Part shown: positions 19,301 to 28,798 of the stretch, piece after piece
How positions within the stretch are numbered: position 1 is the first letter of the stretch
Layout: each line of letters opens with the position of its first letter
Assembly: GCA_963837465.1 (NCBI GenBank)
Contig: CAWINB010000004.1
Location: 394,853-458,852, forward strand
DNA: 64,000 nucleotides
Source of the DNA: Candidatus Doudnabacteria bacterium
Lineage (GTDB): Bacteria; Patescibacteriota; Doudnabacteria; UBA920
Reading direction: 5' to 3'
The notes under the pieces: generated by a model
Seen by the model: the letters and a program-made list of their open reading frames with translations, nothing else
Told to the model about the DNA's origin: nothing
Databases searched by the model: none
Made by a program: the position numbers and the translations under genes

Positions 19301-19720
19301 TTACGCCGCGGTTTCTACGATTGTAATCGACCTGAGGGCTTCGATGACATGTTCTAGAAAAGCCTGGAGCGCAAAAGGTTTTCTTAGAACCACTGCCCCT
19401 GCGGGAAGGGTGGTGTCCGGCCATCCCGTGATGAAAATTGTTTTACCATTAGGGAAGTGCTCCCCAAATTTTTTAGCTACTTGGATTCCGTCCAGTCCAG
19501 GCAAAACTACATCTACAATGAGCAGGTGAATCGGTTTTTTGTGTTCACTGATAAATTGCGCGGCTTCCTGACCATTTCCGGCAACAACCGCACGAAGGCA
19601 ATTTAATTCTAGCACTAGAGCTATAAAGCCAGAAATTGCAGAATCGTCTTCGACGACCAGAACAGTAAGTACTTCCCTGTTTCTACGAAAGTAGCCAGTA
19701 TCTAAGCTATTATCCCCCAT
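19301..19720 (-). CDS. single-domain response regulator receiver (CheY-like)
   Basis: It has the VEDD acidic pocket, the phospho-acceptor in LLIVDVVLPG, and a conserved K in RKPF. Confidence 0.75.
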   Translation of the reverse strand: MGDNSLDTGYFRRNREVLTVLVVEDDSAISGFIALVLELNCLRAVVAGNGQEAAQFISEHKKPIHLLIVDVVLPGLDGIQVAKKFGEHFPNGKTIFITGWPDTTLPAGAVVLRKPFALQAFLEHVIEALRSITIVETAA

Positions 19721-19787
19721 AAGACTTTCTCCTTATAGGAGGTATATTCCACAAAACAACTACTGTCAAGTATAAAAAACCCCGGAT

Positions 19788-22124
19788 TTATTCCGAGGTT
19801 TTTTTCTTGCCGAATTTCTTTTTCGGCTTGGGCGGGTTTTCCTTCCAGTTTTTATAAGCTTCGTCCAACTGGGCTTGGCTTTCGGGTTTTATGTTCATTA
19901 CAAAGGTGCAATCCGGAAAGCGGGTACAGGCAAAAAACGGTTTGCCGCGGCCGCGGGATTTTTTTTCCACGACATCGCCGGGTTTATCGCGCCGATTATC
20001 ATCGGCCAGGCACGCCGGGCATTTAAATCCTGTCTTGTTCCATATTTTGGATATGCCTTTGCATTTTGGGTAATCCACGCAGCCCAGGAAAAAGCCGAAG
20101 CGTCCGCGTTTTACTTCCATTGGTTTGCCGCAAATGGGGCACATTTCACCTTTGGTCTTATCCTGTAAGGCCTTAATCTGGGCCGCCTCTTCCGGCATCG
20201 GCAAAGTTACTTTGCTGCCTTCTTCCGGACAGGCCAAAAATTTTCCCATCCGGCCGTATTTTATGAGCATCATTTTGCCGCAGTGCGGGCAGGGGTGGGT
20301 GGAAATTTCAATCTGTTTTTGCACGCTTTTTTCTTTTTCTATCAGGTGCTTTTTGAACGGGCCGTAAAATTCGCGCATTACCTCCACCCACTTAATGGCG
20401 CCGGCGGCAATATCATCCAATTCTTCTTCAATGTGGGAAGTAAAATTAATATCCACTATTTCCGGAAAATTTTCCACCAGCATGTCATTGACCAAAAAAC
20501 CTTCCTCGGTGGGTTTGTACTTTTTGTCTTCTTTGGTGGCGTAGCCGCGGTCCTGGATGGTGGATAGCGTAGGCGCGTAGGTGGATGGCCGGCCCACGCC
20601 GTGGGCTTCCAATGCTTTAATTAAAGTCGCGTCGGTATAGCGCGGAGGCGGCTCGGTAAAATGCTGCAGCGGCAACAGTTCATGTAATTTTAGTATTTCT
20701 TCCGCCGCAACTTCCGGCAGTACGCCCTCTATTTCGTCTTCGGCTTTTTCGTCCTGGCCTTCGGTATAGGCGCGGATAAAGCCGTCAAACTTAACGACTT
20801 GGCCGTTGGCGCGGAAGGTGTAGCTGACTGCTGACTGCTGACTGCTGTTAGTTTGTATATCCACCACCGTTTGCTCCAAAACGGCCTGGGCCATTTGGCA
20901 GGCTATGGCGCGTTTCCATATAAGATCATAAATTTTATACTGGCCGTTATCCAGATACGCTTTAATGTCCGCGGGCTTGCGCGTTACATCGGTCGGGCGG
21001 ATAGCCTCATGCGCTTCCTGCGCGCCTTTGCTTTTATTGGTAAAGTGGCGCGGCTCGCTTAGGGAATATTGTTGCCCAAAATTTTCATCCACAACTTGTT
21101 TTATGGCAAGCAACGCGCTTTGCGCCAGGTTTAAGCTGTCGGTGCGCATATAGGTAATCAACCCCTGGTGGCCTTCGGCTCCAAGCGCTACGCCTTCGTA
21201 CAGTTGCTGCGCAATAACCATGGTTTGCTTGGCGGACATGCCGAACTTGCGCGCGGCTTCCTGCTGCAGCGTGGACGTGATAAACGGCGGCGACGGGTTG
21301 CGCTTAACTTCTTTTTGGAAAATTTCCAAAACTTTATATTCCGCGCCGTTTAAATCGCCGACGATTTTTTGCGCGTCCGCTTGTTTGGCAATACCCATTT
21401 TGCCAATGGCTTTGTCGCCGATTTTGTGGAGTTTGGCGGTGAAGGTTTTATCATCGTTGGACGGCACGCCGCCTGGCGCGGCCGCTACATTATCCATTTT
21501 CGATAATTTCGCTTCAATAGACCAATACTCTTCTTTATTAAATTTCTGGATTTCCCGTTCGCGCTCCACCACCAAACGCACGGCAACCGATTGCACGCGG
21601 CCGGCCGAAAGTCCGTATCTAATTTTTCGCCACAAAAACGGCGACAGTTCATAACCAACCAGCCGGTCCAAAACCCGCCTGGCCTGCTGGGCATCCACCA
21701 GATTTAAGTCCAAATCCCGCGGGTTTTTCATGGCTTCCTCTATGGCCGATTTGGTAATTTCGTGGAAAACAATCCGCTTAATCCTGCCGTCTTCCCTGCC
21801 TTTGGCAATTTCCGCTTCATCACCCAAACCCAAAGCCTGGATAAGATGCCAGGAAATAGCCTCGCCTTCGCGGTCTTCATCAGTCGCCAATATAATAGAG
21901 GGCGCGGTTTTGGCGTCCTTTTTTAACCTGGCCACGACTTCCCTGGCTTTGGGGGGAATAATATAGACAGGTTCAAAGTTGTGTTCAACGTCTATGGACA
22001 GTTTGCTTTTCGGCAAATCGCGCACGTGGCCCATACTGGCCTCCACCTGATATTGCCCGGCCAAAAAACGCGAAATTGTTTTCGCTTTGGTGGGGGATTC
22101 GACGATGATTAAGGGTTTGGACAT
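19788..22124 (-). CDS. topA: DNA topoisomerase I with C-terminal zinc-ribbon domains
   Basis: The TOPRIM N-terminus is MSKPLIIVESPTKAKTI, the active-site Tyr region is LITYMRTDS, and there are several C-terminal C4 ribbons. Confidence 0.9.
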   Translation of the reverse strand: MSKPLIIVESPTKAKTISRFLAGQYQVEASMGHVRDLPKSKLSIDVEHNFEPVYIIPPKAREVVARLKKDAKTAPSIILATDEDREGEAISWHLIQALGLGDEAEIAKGREDGRIKRIVFHEITKSAIEEAMKNPRDLDLNLVDAQQARRVLDRLVGYELSPFLWRKIRYGLSAGRVQSVAVRLVVEREREIQKFNKEEYWSIEAKLSKMDNVAAAPGGVPSNDDKTFTAKLHKIGDKAIGKMGIAKQADAQKIVGDLNGAEYKVLEIFQKEVKRNPSPPFITSTLQQEAARKFGMSAKQTMVIAQQLYEGVALGAEGHQGLITYMRTDSLNLAQSALLAIKQVVDENFGQQYSLSEPRHFTNKSKGAQEAHEAIRPTDVTRKPADIKAYLDNGQYKIYDLIWKRAIACQMAQAVLEQTVVDIQTNSSQQSAVSYTFRANGQVVKFDGFIRAYTEGQDEKAEDEIEGVLPEVAAEEILKLHELLPLQHFTEPPPRYTDATLIKALEAHGVGRPSTYAPTLSTIQDRGYATKEDKKYKPTEEGFLVNDMLVENFPEIVDINFTSHIEEELDDIAAGAIKWVEVMREFYGPFKKHLIEKEKSVQKQIEISTHPCPHCGKMMLIKYGRMGKFLACPEEGSKVTLPMPEEAAQIKALQDKTKGEMCPICGKPMEVKRGRFGFFLGCVDYPKCKGISKIWNKTGFKCPACLADDNRRDKPGDVVEKKSRGRGKPFFACTRFPDCTFVMNIKPESQAQLDEAYKNWKENPPKPKKKFGKKKTSE

Positions 22125-22348
22125 AAAAAAAGTGATTAGTGGCTAGCGGTTAGTGGATAGAAAACGCAGATTGCTTATTGATACAAAAGTGAGTTTAGCC
22201 ATAAAAAAAAAGTTTGTCAAACGACGCAACAGTAACATATATAAAAAATGGCGTCGTCCTGAGCGAGCCGTTAGGCGAGTCGAAGGATCTATGGTCGCTG
22301 ATTTATCGCGGATAAGGACGCTGAACTGGCGCTGAATTTAGGCTTTGT

Positions 22349-22410
22349 CCATCCCGGAATTTTTTACGTTGACGGTTATCGTAAGCTGTAAAAAATATCC
22401 GGGATCCAGA
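22349..22410 (-). repeat. palindromic repeat family 1, copy B (inverted relative to copies A and C), at the capA 3' end
   Basis: The reverse complement reads ggatcccggatatttttt acagcttacgataaccgtcaacg taaaaaattccgggatgg. Confidence 0.8.
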
Positions 22411-22428
22411 ACAGGTAGTAGTGTTAAT

Positions 22429-23607
22429 TTATGGGTAAAGAACGTTTTGGTCTTGTCCTATTTTATTTAAAATAGTTTTTGTTTCCTCGGCCGTGGCCGG
22501 GCGGGGTTGGGCGGTTTGGATTATGACTGGGATGAGCTCAATGGAATCCAATGTCGCGGGCTGGCGCTGGCCTTGGATATCTGACAGGTTTGCCGCGCCA
22601 GGTGTTTGGGCGTTTTGAAATTTGAAATTTGAAATTTGGATTTTCAACGCCAACCCCTCCATCGTATCCTCACTAAATTCCTGGTCAAACACAAAATTGC
22701 CCAAACTGTAAAAAATGTATTTTCCTTTATATTTTTCAACTGGCTGCTCCCAATGCGGGTGCGCGCCTATGACAATATCCGCGCCGTCATCTATGGCTGT
22801 GTGGGCAAAATTAATTTGCGCCTGGTTGGGCGTGCGGGTGTATTCAATTCCGGCGTGCATTGTGGCGACTACAAAATCACATTCTTGTCTTGCCGTTGTA
22901 ATGGCGGATTTTAGCATGACAGTATTTTCTATGCGCGCCACATAATTGTTGGTGACTTTCCCGCCGTCATTTAAGGAAGAAAACGACGCGCCCACAAAAC
23001 AAATTTTTATGCCGTTGGATGTTACTACTGCCGGAGTCCAGGCTTGATCCAAATTGTCCCCGGTGCCTTCGCGCGCTATGCCCAAACCATCAAGAGTTTT
23101 TATCGTGGCGTCCACGCCCGCAAGTCCCTGGTCAAAAGCGTGGTTGTTGGCCAGGTTAATGATCTGGAAATTGTAATCCTTAAGTCCTGTCAGGTTTTGC
23201 GGAGGGTCGCCAAAAACCAGGGAGTTTCCCCCAATGACTTCGTCCTTGGCTGCCGGCGCCACCGGCCCCTCCAGGTTGGCAAAATTAAAATCCGTGGAAC
23301 GTAAGACACCGGCCATGCCAAGAAACGGGTAATCAACATTGCCGGATTTTTGTATGTCCACGGCCGCGTAGCGCGAAAGCATAATATCGCCGACGGCTAA
23401 AAAGGTTGTGGTCGCGGCGGCAGGAGTTGTCTGATTTTGTGATGATAATTGCCGACTCTCCTGGTAAAAATCGTTTAATGACCCCGATGAAGCCGGTAGT
23501 TTGGAAATGGTGGTACGGGAACCAAAAATATCATGGCGCCAAACTAAAAAACCGCCAATAAGCAGGAGGATAAAAACAGGGATAGTAATTTTCCGGATGA
23601 TTTTCAT
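22429..23607 (-). CDS. CapA/PgsA-family metallophosphatase-like protein (poly-gamma-glutamate synthesis family)
   Basis: An N-terminal signal/TM segment is followed by FLAVGDIMLSRY, a CapA-type calcineurin-like fold. Confidence 0.7.
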   Translation of the reverse strand: MKIIRKITIPVFILLLIGGFLVWRHDIFGSRTTISKLPASSGSLNDFYQESRQLSSQNQTTPAAATTTFLAVGDIMLSRYAAVDIQKSGNVDYPFLGMAGVLRSTDFNFANLEGPVAPAAKDEVIGGNSLVFGDPPQNLTGLKDYNFQIINLANNHAFDQGLAGVDATIKTLDGLGIAREGTGDNLDQAWTPAVVTSNGIKICFVGASFSSLNDGGKVTNNYVARIENTVMLKSAITTARQECDFVVATMHAGIEYTRTPNQAQINFAHTAIDDGADIVIGAHPHWEQPVEKYKGKYIFYSLGNFVFDQEFSEDTMEGLALKIQISNFKFQNAQTPGAANLSDIQGQRQPATLDSIELIPVIIQTAQPRPATAEETKTILNKIGQDQNVLYP

Positions 23608-23722
23608 TTATAGGAGTTTACACCCCGGAATTTTTCACTTCAGCGCCTATTATCAGGTGAAAAATATCCGGCTGGTCCGACAAAGCTTTAGCGACGGCGG
23701 AGGTCCAGGATTAAGCTTGTGT

Positions 23723-23783
23723 CCGGATCCCGGATATTTTTTGCGGCTTATGAATTACCATCGGCGCAAAAAATTCCGGGATG
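23723..23783 (+). repeat. palindromic repeat family 1, copy C, at the capA 5' side
   Basis: The sequence is ggatcccggatatttttt gcggcttatgaattaccatcggcgc aaaaaattccgggatgg. Confidence 0.8.
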
Positions 23784-23833
23784 GACGATTATAGTTGCTA
23801 AAATGTTCTAATGCTTACATGCTCTATGAACTA

Positions 23834-24931
23834 CTACCTAGCCAGCACATACTGCTGTCCGCCCAAATTTTTAACCCGGCCTTTCATTTCCAAAAAAGTC
23901 AGGGCCGAGGTTACGGCCGAAGCTTCCAGTCCGGAAGTTTTTATAAGCTGGTTAATTACCACAGGATCAAAACCAATTAATCTTAGCAAAACCGTTTCTT
24001 CCCTGCTGTCGCCCAAAAGGTTTCGCGCGGCTTGTTGCTGGGGCAGGGTCTTTAAGTTTAAATCTTCCAAAATATCATTGGCCGAGGTTACGGGTTTAGC
24101 GCCCATTTTCAGCAAGTTGTTCGGTCCCTGGCTTTGCGGGCTGTAAATTGGTCCGGGCACGGCGTAGAGCTGACGGTTTTGGTCCAGCGCGTGTTTGGCT
24201 GTTATGAGCGTGCCGCTTTGCAAATCGCATTCTATTACCAAAGTCGCCGGGCAAAGTCCGGAAATAATCCGGTTGCGGGCCACGAAGTTTTGTTTAAAGT
24301 TGGGAGTGCCGATGGGATATTCGGCAAGCAACGCTGCCCCGGCATCCACAATTCGCTTGGCCAATAACGCGTGGTGTTTGGGATAAAGGCTTTTTTCATC
24401 CAGGCCGCCGCCCAGCACCGCTATGGTGCGTCGGCCTTTTTTTATGGCGATTTCGTGGGCCGCGCTGTCCACGCCAAAGGCCATTCCCGAAACCACTACC
24501 ACACCCGCGTCCACCAACGGCTCCGTTAATTGGGAAACCGCTACCCGGCCGTAAGCGGTTATTTGCCGCGTGCCGACCACGGCCACGCACAGCTCGTCAG
24601 GCTGGTCCATTGTTCCTTTGTAATACAAAATTACAGGCAGTTTGGGGATTTCCAACAGCAGCCTCGGATAGTTGGCGCTGTTGTAAGCAAGAATTTTAAT
24701 CCCTTCCCTCTCCAGCTTTTCCTGTTCCTGCTCCAGGTTAATTTCGTCCCTCAAAGCCAAAAATTTTTCCGCGACCTCCGGTTCTATGCCCGCGTTTACC
24801 AGCAGACTCTTTTTAGCTTCAAAAGCCTGCTTGTAATTTTCAAAACCGTTGGCCATTCGCATAAGACGGCCGGGTCCGAACTGGGGCAGCAGGTTAAGGC
24901 CGTGCAAATATAAGGAATCATCAAAAACCAT
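23834..24931 (-). CDS. dprA: DNA processing protein DprA (Smf)
   Basis: The Rossmann-like DprA core has GVDSAAHEIAIKKGRRTIAVLGGGLD and a C-terminal winged-helix. Confidence 0.85.
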   Translation of the reverse strand: MVFDDSLYLHGLNLLPQFGPGRLMRMANGFENYKQAFEAKKSLLVNAGIEPEVAEKFLALRDEINLEQEQEKLEREGIKILAYNSANYPRLLLEIPKLPVILYYKGTMDQPDELCVAVVGTRQITAYGRVAVSQLTEPLVDAGVVVVSGMAFGVDSAAHEIAIKKGRRTIAVLGGGLDEKSLYPKHHALLAKRIVDAGAALLAEYPIGTPNFKQNFVARNRIISGLCPATLVIECDLQSGTLITAKHALDQNRQLYAVPGPIYSPQSQGPNNLLKMGAKPVTSANDILEDLNLKTLPQQQAARNLLGDSREETVLLRLIGFDPVVINQLIKTSGLEASAVTSALTFLEMKGRVKNLGGQQYVLAR

Positions 24932-24961
24932 AATAAAACAAGGATTTTATTAACAAACGGC

Positions 24962-24990
24962 TTGACAAAATTGCCGAATGGGAGTATAAT
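24962..24990 (+). promoter_or_regulatory. perfect-consensus sigma70 promoter (TTGACA-N17-TATAAT)
   Basis: The sequence is ttgaca aaattgccgaatgggag tataat. Confidence 0.55.
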
Positions 24991-24997
24991 AACATAT

Positions 24998-25140
24998 CAA
25001 GTACGCTTTTGTGTCCGCTACCCTATCTGCAAGTCGTAAGAGCCGATATCATCCCTCCTATTATCGGCTTGAGCATCAAGCAAAGGTTCGTAGACGATTG
25101 TTTGCGGCCTTTCACTTGCAGGTGGGGTAGTGGGTATAAA
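24998..25140 (+). ncRNA. candidate structured small RNA (unclassified)
   Basis: A 17-bp long-range helix (cuacccuaucugcaagu / acuugcaggugggguag, including two GU wobbles) encloses an 8-bp hairpin (agccgaua/uaucggcu) with a C-rich loop. It is preceded by the consensus promoter and followed by a palindromic element. Confidence 0.3.
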
Positions 25141-25223
25141 TTTACGAAGTACGAACAGGTGCGAACTTACGAACCAACAAGCGTATCGATTCGTACGTTC
25201 GTAAACTTAGTACTTCGTAAACT
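25141..25223. repeat. solo palindrome of repeat family 3 (tttacgaagtacgaa ... ttcgtacttcgtaaa), the cargo-less form of the GxxExxY mini-element TIRs
   Basis: The two arms match the TIRs flanking the GxxExxY gene at 59828-60316. Confidence 0.7.
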
Positions 25224-25226
25224 CCG

Positions 25227-25775
25227 CTAAGATATTATAAATGTTTGAATCTCTTCTTTAATTTTAGGAAATACTTCTTCCCGAAGTTTTTTTATTTCTT
25301 CATCGCTAAAATTTTCTAGCACAAACACGTCGGTCGGCATGTCCAGCCGGGAGGCGCGGGTGTCCACGCCAATTCTGATTCTGTGAAAATCCTGCGTGCC
25401 CAGGTTATCAATAATGCTTTGCACGCCGTTGTGGCCGGCGGCGGAAGATGACTCCGTGGAGCGCGTAACGCCAAATGGCAGGTCAACCTCGTCGTGGACG
25501 ACCAAAAGGTCTTTGGACAAATCCATTTTATAAAAATTACAGATTACTTTTAAAGCCTGGCCGCTGTCGTTCATATAAGTTTGCGGTTTTAAAAAAATAA
25601 CTTTATCCGGCCCGTTCTGCCAGGTGTAAATTTCGGACTTAAATTCACGGCCCGGTTTGGCCGTCATGAATCCATCGCCGTCATTTAAAATAAAATCCAA
25701 AGCCAAAAAACCCACATTATGGCGCGTAGTCTTATATTTCTCCCCCGGATTTCCCAAACCAACAATAAGTTTCAT
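25227..25775 (-). CDS. pth: peptidyl-tRNA hydrolase
   Basis: The N-terminus MKLIVGLGNPGEKY...RHNVGF is the Pth signature. Confidence 0.9.
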   Translation of the reverse strand: MKLIVGLGNPGEKYKTTRHNVGFLALDFILNDGDGFMTAKPGREFKSEIYTWQNGPDKVIFLKPQTYMNDSGQALKVICNFYKMDLSKDLLVVHDEVDLPFGVTRSTESSSAAGHNGVQSIIDNLGTQDFHRIRIGVDTRASRLDMPTDVFVLENFSDEEIKKLREEVFPKIKEEIQTFIIS

Positions 25776-25892
25776 TGGTGCATTCTAGCAAATATTCCTT
25801 TACTTGACAAAAGCGACGGTTTTGCTAATATATAAATACAAACGCCCCGTCCAGCCGTAAGGTCCGACGGGGTTTTGTGTTATAATTAAGCC

Positions 25893-26483
25893 ATGAAGAC
25901 AATACTTTACATTGACGGCAGAAACACGCTCGGAAAAATGGCCTCTATTTTGACGTCCGAAGGCCAGCCTGTTCCCGCTTGGGACACTTACAACTTTAAG
26001 GGGCTATTGGCCAAAGTTTTGGAAGGAATTGCCATTGACGAAATGGTATTTTATTTTGCCAAAATTAAAGAACATCCCGATACTAAAGACAAATCCCAAG
26101 CCTTAATTCAGGCTCGTCGGTTGCTTAAAACCGCACTGGAAAAACAGGGTTTCAAAGTTATTTTGGCTGGCGTAGTCCGTGGCAACATTGCCAAAGATCT
26201 CAGAGGTAAAGAAATTTTAGTCTTTAAGGAAAAAGGTGTTGACGTTAGTATCGCCGTGGATATGGTAGCAGCTGCCTGCGATGGCAATGTAAAAACCGCA
26301 ATCCTTGCCAGTTCCGATTCTGATTTACAGCCGGCCATTCGGGAAATAACAAAACGAAATGTGGAAAGTATCTACCTTGGCTTTGAGCTACAGCCAAACA
26401 AGGGACTGACCGCTACTACCAAACGAACAATTTTAATACGTAATTCCGAAGTCTTGGCTTATACCAAAGCAAAGCCGCTTTAA
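25893..26483 (+). CDS. NYN-domain (LabA/DUF88-like) putative ribonuclease
   Basis: The segment EKGVDVSIAVDMV ... ILASSDSDLQPAI matches the NYN/PIN-like acidic residue pattern. Confidence 0.6.
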   Translation: MKTILYIDGRNTLGKMASILTSEGQPVPAWDTYNFKGLLAKVLEGIAIDEMVFYFAKIKEHPDTKDKSQALIQARRLLKTALEKQGFKVILAGVVRGNIAKDLRGKEILVFKEKGVDVSIAVDMVAAACDGNVKTAILASSDSDLQPAIREITKRNVESIYLGFELQPNKGLTATTKRTILIRNSEVLAYTKAKPL

Positions 26484-26520
26484 TAAAAAGGTGCTATAAT
26501 ATGTCCGTAAGTTTAACTTT

Positions 26521-27108
26521 ATGAACAAAGTTTACGCATTTAAAACTGAACAACGAACCAGCGTAGCTATCACTGTAATTGTCGGCTTGATAATTGTTAT
26601 TTTATCAATTGGTTTATTTTTTATCACTGCTCGTCCCATAGGCAACCCTTCCGGTACCCCAGGATATTTTTTGACACAACTTATATATACATATCCCGTA
26701 TTGGGTTTAGTTATCGGCGGCTGTTTAATTTTTTTCAGTATGCGCCCATTCTTAATTAAGTTAAAAATTGCTGATGGCATTTTGCGAATAAGAAATTTTT
26801 TAAATTTAAATCAAATCGAAATTGAAAAGATAACTGAAATTGGGAATAGATACGAAATAAAGAAACCCAGTTGGCGTGGACTTCTACCCTCATCCGTTAG
26901 GCAATGCGGTTTGTTGATAAAAGAACAAAGCGGCAAAATATATGAAATTCCAAGAGATATTCAAAAACCTCAACAATTTATTTCAGATTTGCAAAAAATT
27001 AATCCCCACATTGTTTATAACGAAGGTTTAAGCCAACAATCTAAAGCCCAAATCGAAAAAGAAATTAGTGAAACTTCCGACACTAAAAGGGGTAGTCTTT
27101 TTAAATAG
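26521..27108 (+). CDS. hypothetical membrane protein
   Basis: It has two TM helices and no motif. Confidence 0.35.
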   Translation: MNKVYAFKTEQRTSVAITVIVGLIIVILSIGLFFITARPIGNPSGTPGYFLTQLIYTYPVLGLVIGGCLIFFSMRPFLIKLKIADGILRIRNFLNLNQIEIEKITEIGNRYEIKKPSWRGLLPSSVRQCGLLIKEQSGKIYEIPRDIQKPQQFISDLQKINPHIVYNEGLSQQSKAQIEKEISETSDTKRGSLFK

Positions 27109-27232
27109 TTTTTCATTTCAAGAACTTACAAAATAAGTTCCTACTTGGTCAAAAACAGTAATAAGCCCAATTTATAATTTTATAACAATACGCAGTTCTG
27201 AATGCATCCAACGATGGGAGGGAATAAAATAA

Positions 27233-27268
27233 CAGAAACTTACCTAAGGTAAGTTTCTGTTATTTTTG
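27233..27268. terminator. bidirectional rho-independent terminator between convergent genes
   Basis: The hairpin acagaaacttacc taa ggtaagtttctgt is followed by tattttt. Confidence 0.6.
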
Positions 27269-27275
27269 GATACGG

Positions 27276-28730
27276 TTAACTTTTATCCTTCCCCTGCAAC
27301 CGTAAAGTAATGGGGGTGCCCCAGAAGCCGAGTTCTTTAATGAGGGAGTTTTCCAGGAATTTACGGAATTGTTGGGAGATGGCTGCGGGGTGGTTGACCA
27401 GGAGTTCAAATTTTGGCGGGTTGGTTTCCGTTTGGCGGAGGGAAAAAACTTTGGGTTTTTTTTGGTCGCGCAACAGTTTGGGCGGATTTTTTTTCATAAC
27501 TTTGGCCAAAAATTCTTTTAAGACATCGGCGTCAATTATTTTGTGCCTGGTTTCGTAAATGGGTTTTATGGCCGAAAGAGCCTCCTGCAAACCTTTGCCC
27601 GTAACCGCCGAGACAAAAAACATCGGGCACATCCAAAAAAACGGGAAGTGGGTGGAAATGTAATCGCGGATGCTGTTGTAGTCGTCATCTTTTCTGCCGG
27701 AAAGCGACCGTGGTTTTGGTTTATTACCCTTTTTCTCTAAAGCTGCCTCGGGCGCCAAATCTATCTTGTTGGCTAAAATTACGCAGCCCTTTTGCATATT
27801 TAAAATTTCTCCGGCAATATGCTGGTCCTGTTTGGTAATTTCTTCGGTGGCGTCAATAACCAAAAAGCAGACGTCGCTGCGCCTGATGGACTTAAAGCTC
27901 TGGAAGCCGGAAAAAACATCAGGCTCGGCCTGGCGGTGATCTTTTCTTTTTAGGCCCGCGGTGTCGATAAAAGTATAATCCGTGCCATCCATCGTTATAT
28001 TTTCGTCTATGGCCGCGCGCGTGGTGCCGGGCACCGGCGAAACAACGACCCGTTCTTTTTTCAGGATGGCGTTAAACAGGCTGGACTTGCCGACGTTGGG
28101 TTTGCCGACAATGGATACGGCGATTGTATCGGGGTTTTGTAGGGGCAGAGCTTGCTTGTCCGCCGTAGCTTTAGCGTAGGAGGGCTCGCCCGGTTGATCG
28201 GATAGCGGGCGGCCAAGGCCAGCCCCTACACCCAGTTTAGCAGCCACCGCGTCCAGCATATCGCCTATGCCGCGTCCGGAAACCGCCGAGACGCCGAAGG
28301 AAGGCTTTACGCCCAGGCGGGAAAATTCACCGAGCGTTTCGGCCCAGGTTTTCGGCGAGTCCAGTTTGTTGACGCAGAGCATGACAGGTTTTTTGGCGGC
28401 GCGGATTTTTTTTAACACTGTTTTGTCGACGGCCATAACTCCTTCTTTGCCGTCGGCTACAAAAATAATTACATCGGCTTCGGTTAAAGCAACATCAATT
28501 TGTTTGCCGACATTTTTTTCCAAATCCCCGCCGTGGTCAAAACCCAGGCCCGCGGTATCCACCAAAGTAAAAGCCGCGCCGTTCCAGGCAGTGTCAATGT
28601 ACTGGCGGTCGCGGGTCGTTCCGGCGACTGCTGAGGTTACAGCCAGGGAACGGCCGGTTATTTTGTTTAGCAATGTGGATTTGCCGGCGTTGGGCTGGCC
28701 GACGAGGGCGACTATGGGAAGAGGTTTCAT
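27276..28730 (-). CDS. der: ribosome-associated GTPase Der (EngA)
   Basis: Two tandem GTPase domains (GQPNAGKSTL and GKPNVGKSSL P-loops) are followed by a C-terminal KH-like domain. Confidence 0.85.
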   Translation of the reverse strand: MKPLPIVALVGQPNAGKSTLLNKITGRSLAVTSAVAGTTRDRQYIDTAWNGAAFTLVDTAGLGFDHGGDLEKNVGKQIDVALTEADVIIFVADGKEGVMAVDKTVLKKIRAAKKPVMLCVNKLDSPKTWAETLGEFSRLGVKPSFGVSAVSGRGIGDMLDAVAAKLGVGAGLGRPLSDQPGEPSYAKATADKQALPLQNPDTIAVSIVGKPNVGKSSLFNAILKKERVVVSPVPGTTRAAIDENITMDGTDYTFIDTAGLKRKDHRQAEPDVFSGFQSFKSIRRSDVCFLVIDATEEITKQDQHIAGEILNMQKGCVILANKIDLAPEAALEKKGNKPKPRSLSGRKDDDYNSIRDYISTHFPFFWMCPMFFVSAVTGKGLQEALSAIKPIYETRHKIIDADVLKEFLAKVMKKNPPKLLRDQKKPKVFSLRQTETNPPKFELLVNHPAAISQQFRKFLENSLIKELGFWGTPITLRLQGKDKS

Positions 28731-28798
28731 CCAGGCATTTTAGCATTTAAACATAGAAGCATACAAGCACGGGGTCATTGGATCATGTGAGCATTAAA

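Noticed and set aside
20821-20860. Tandem ctgactg x3 repeat.
   Set aside because: It lies within the topA coding region and keeps the frame. It is simple coding microsatellite-like sequence with no sign of a separate element.
22611-22650. Tandem ttgaaat x3-4 repeat that could be mistaken for a CRISPR-like or regulatory array.
   Set aside because: It lies inside the capA coding sequence and encodes ...NFKFQISN.... It is too short with no spacers and no cas genes, so it is not a CRISPR array.
25009-25230. A 73-aa ORF between dprA and pth.
   Set aside because: It has no plausible start context and spans a strongly base-paired region plus a palindromic repeat. It is better explained as non-coding (candidate sRNA plus repeat).
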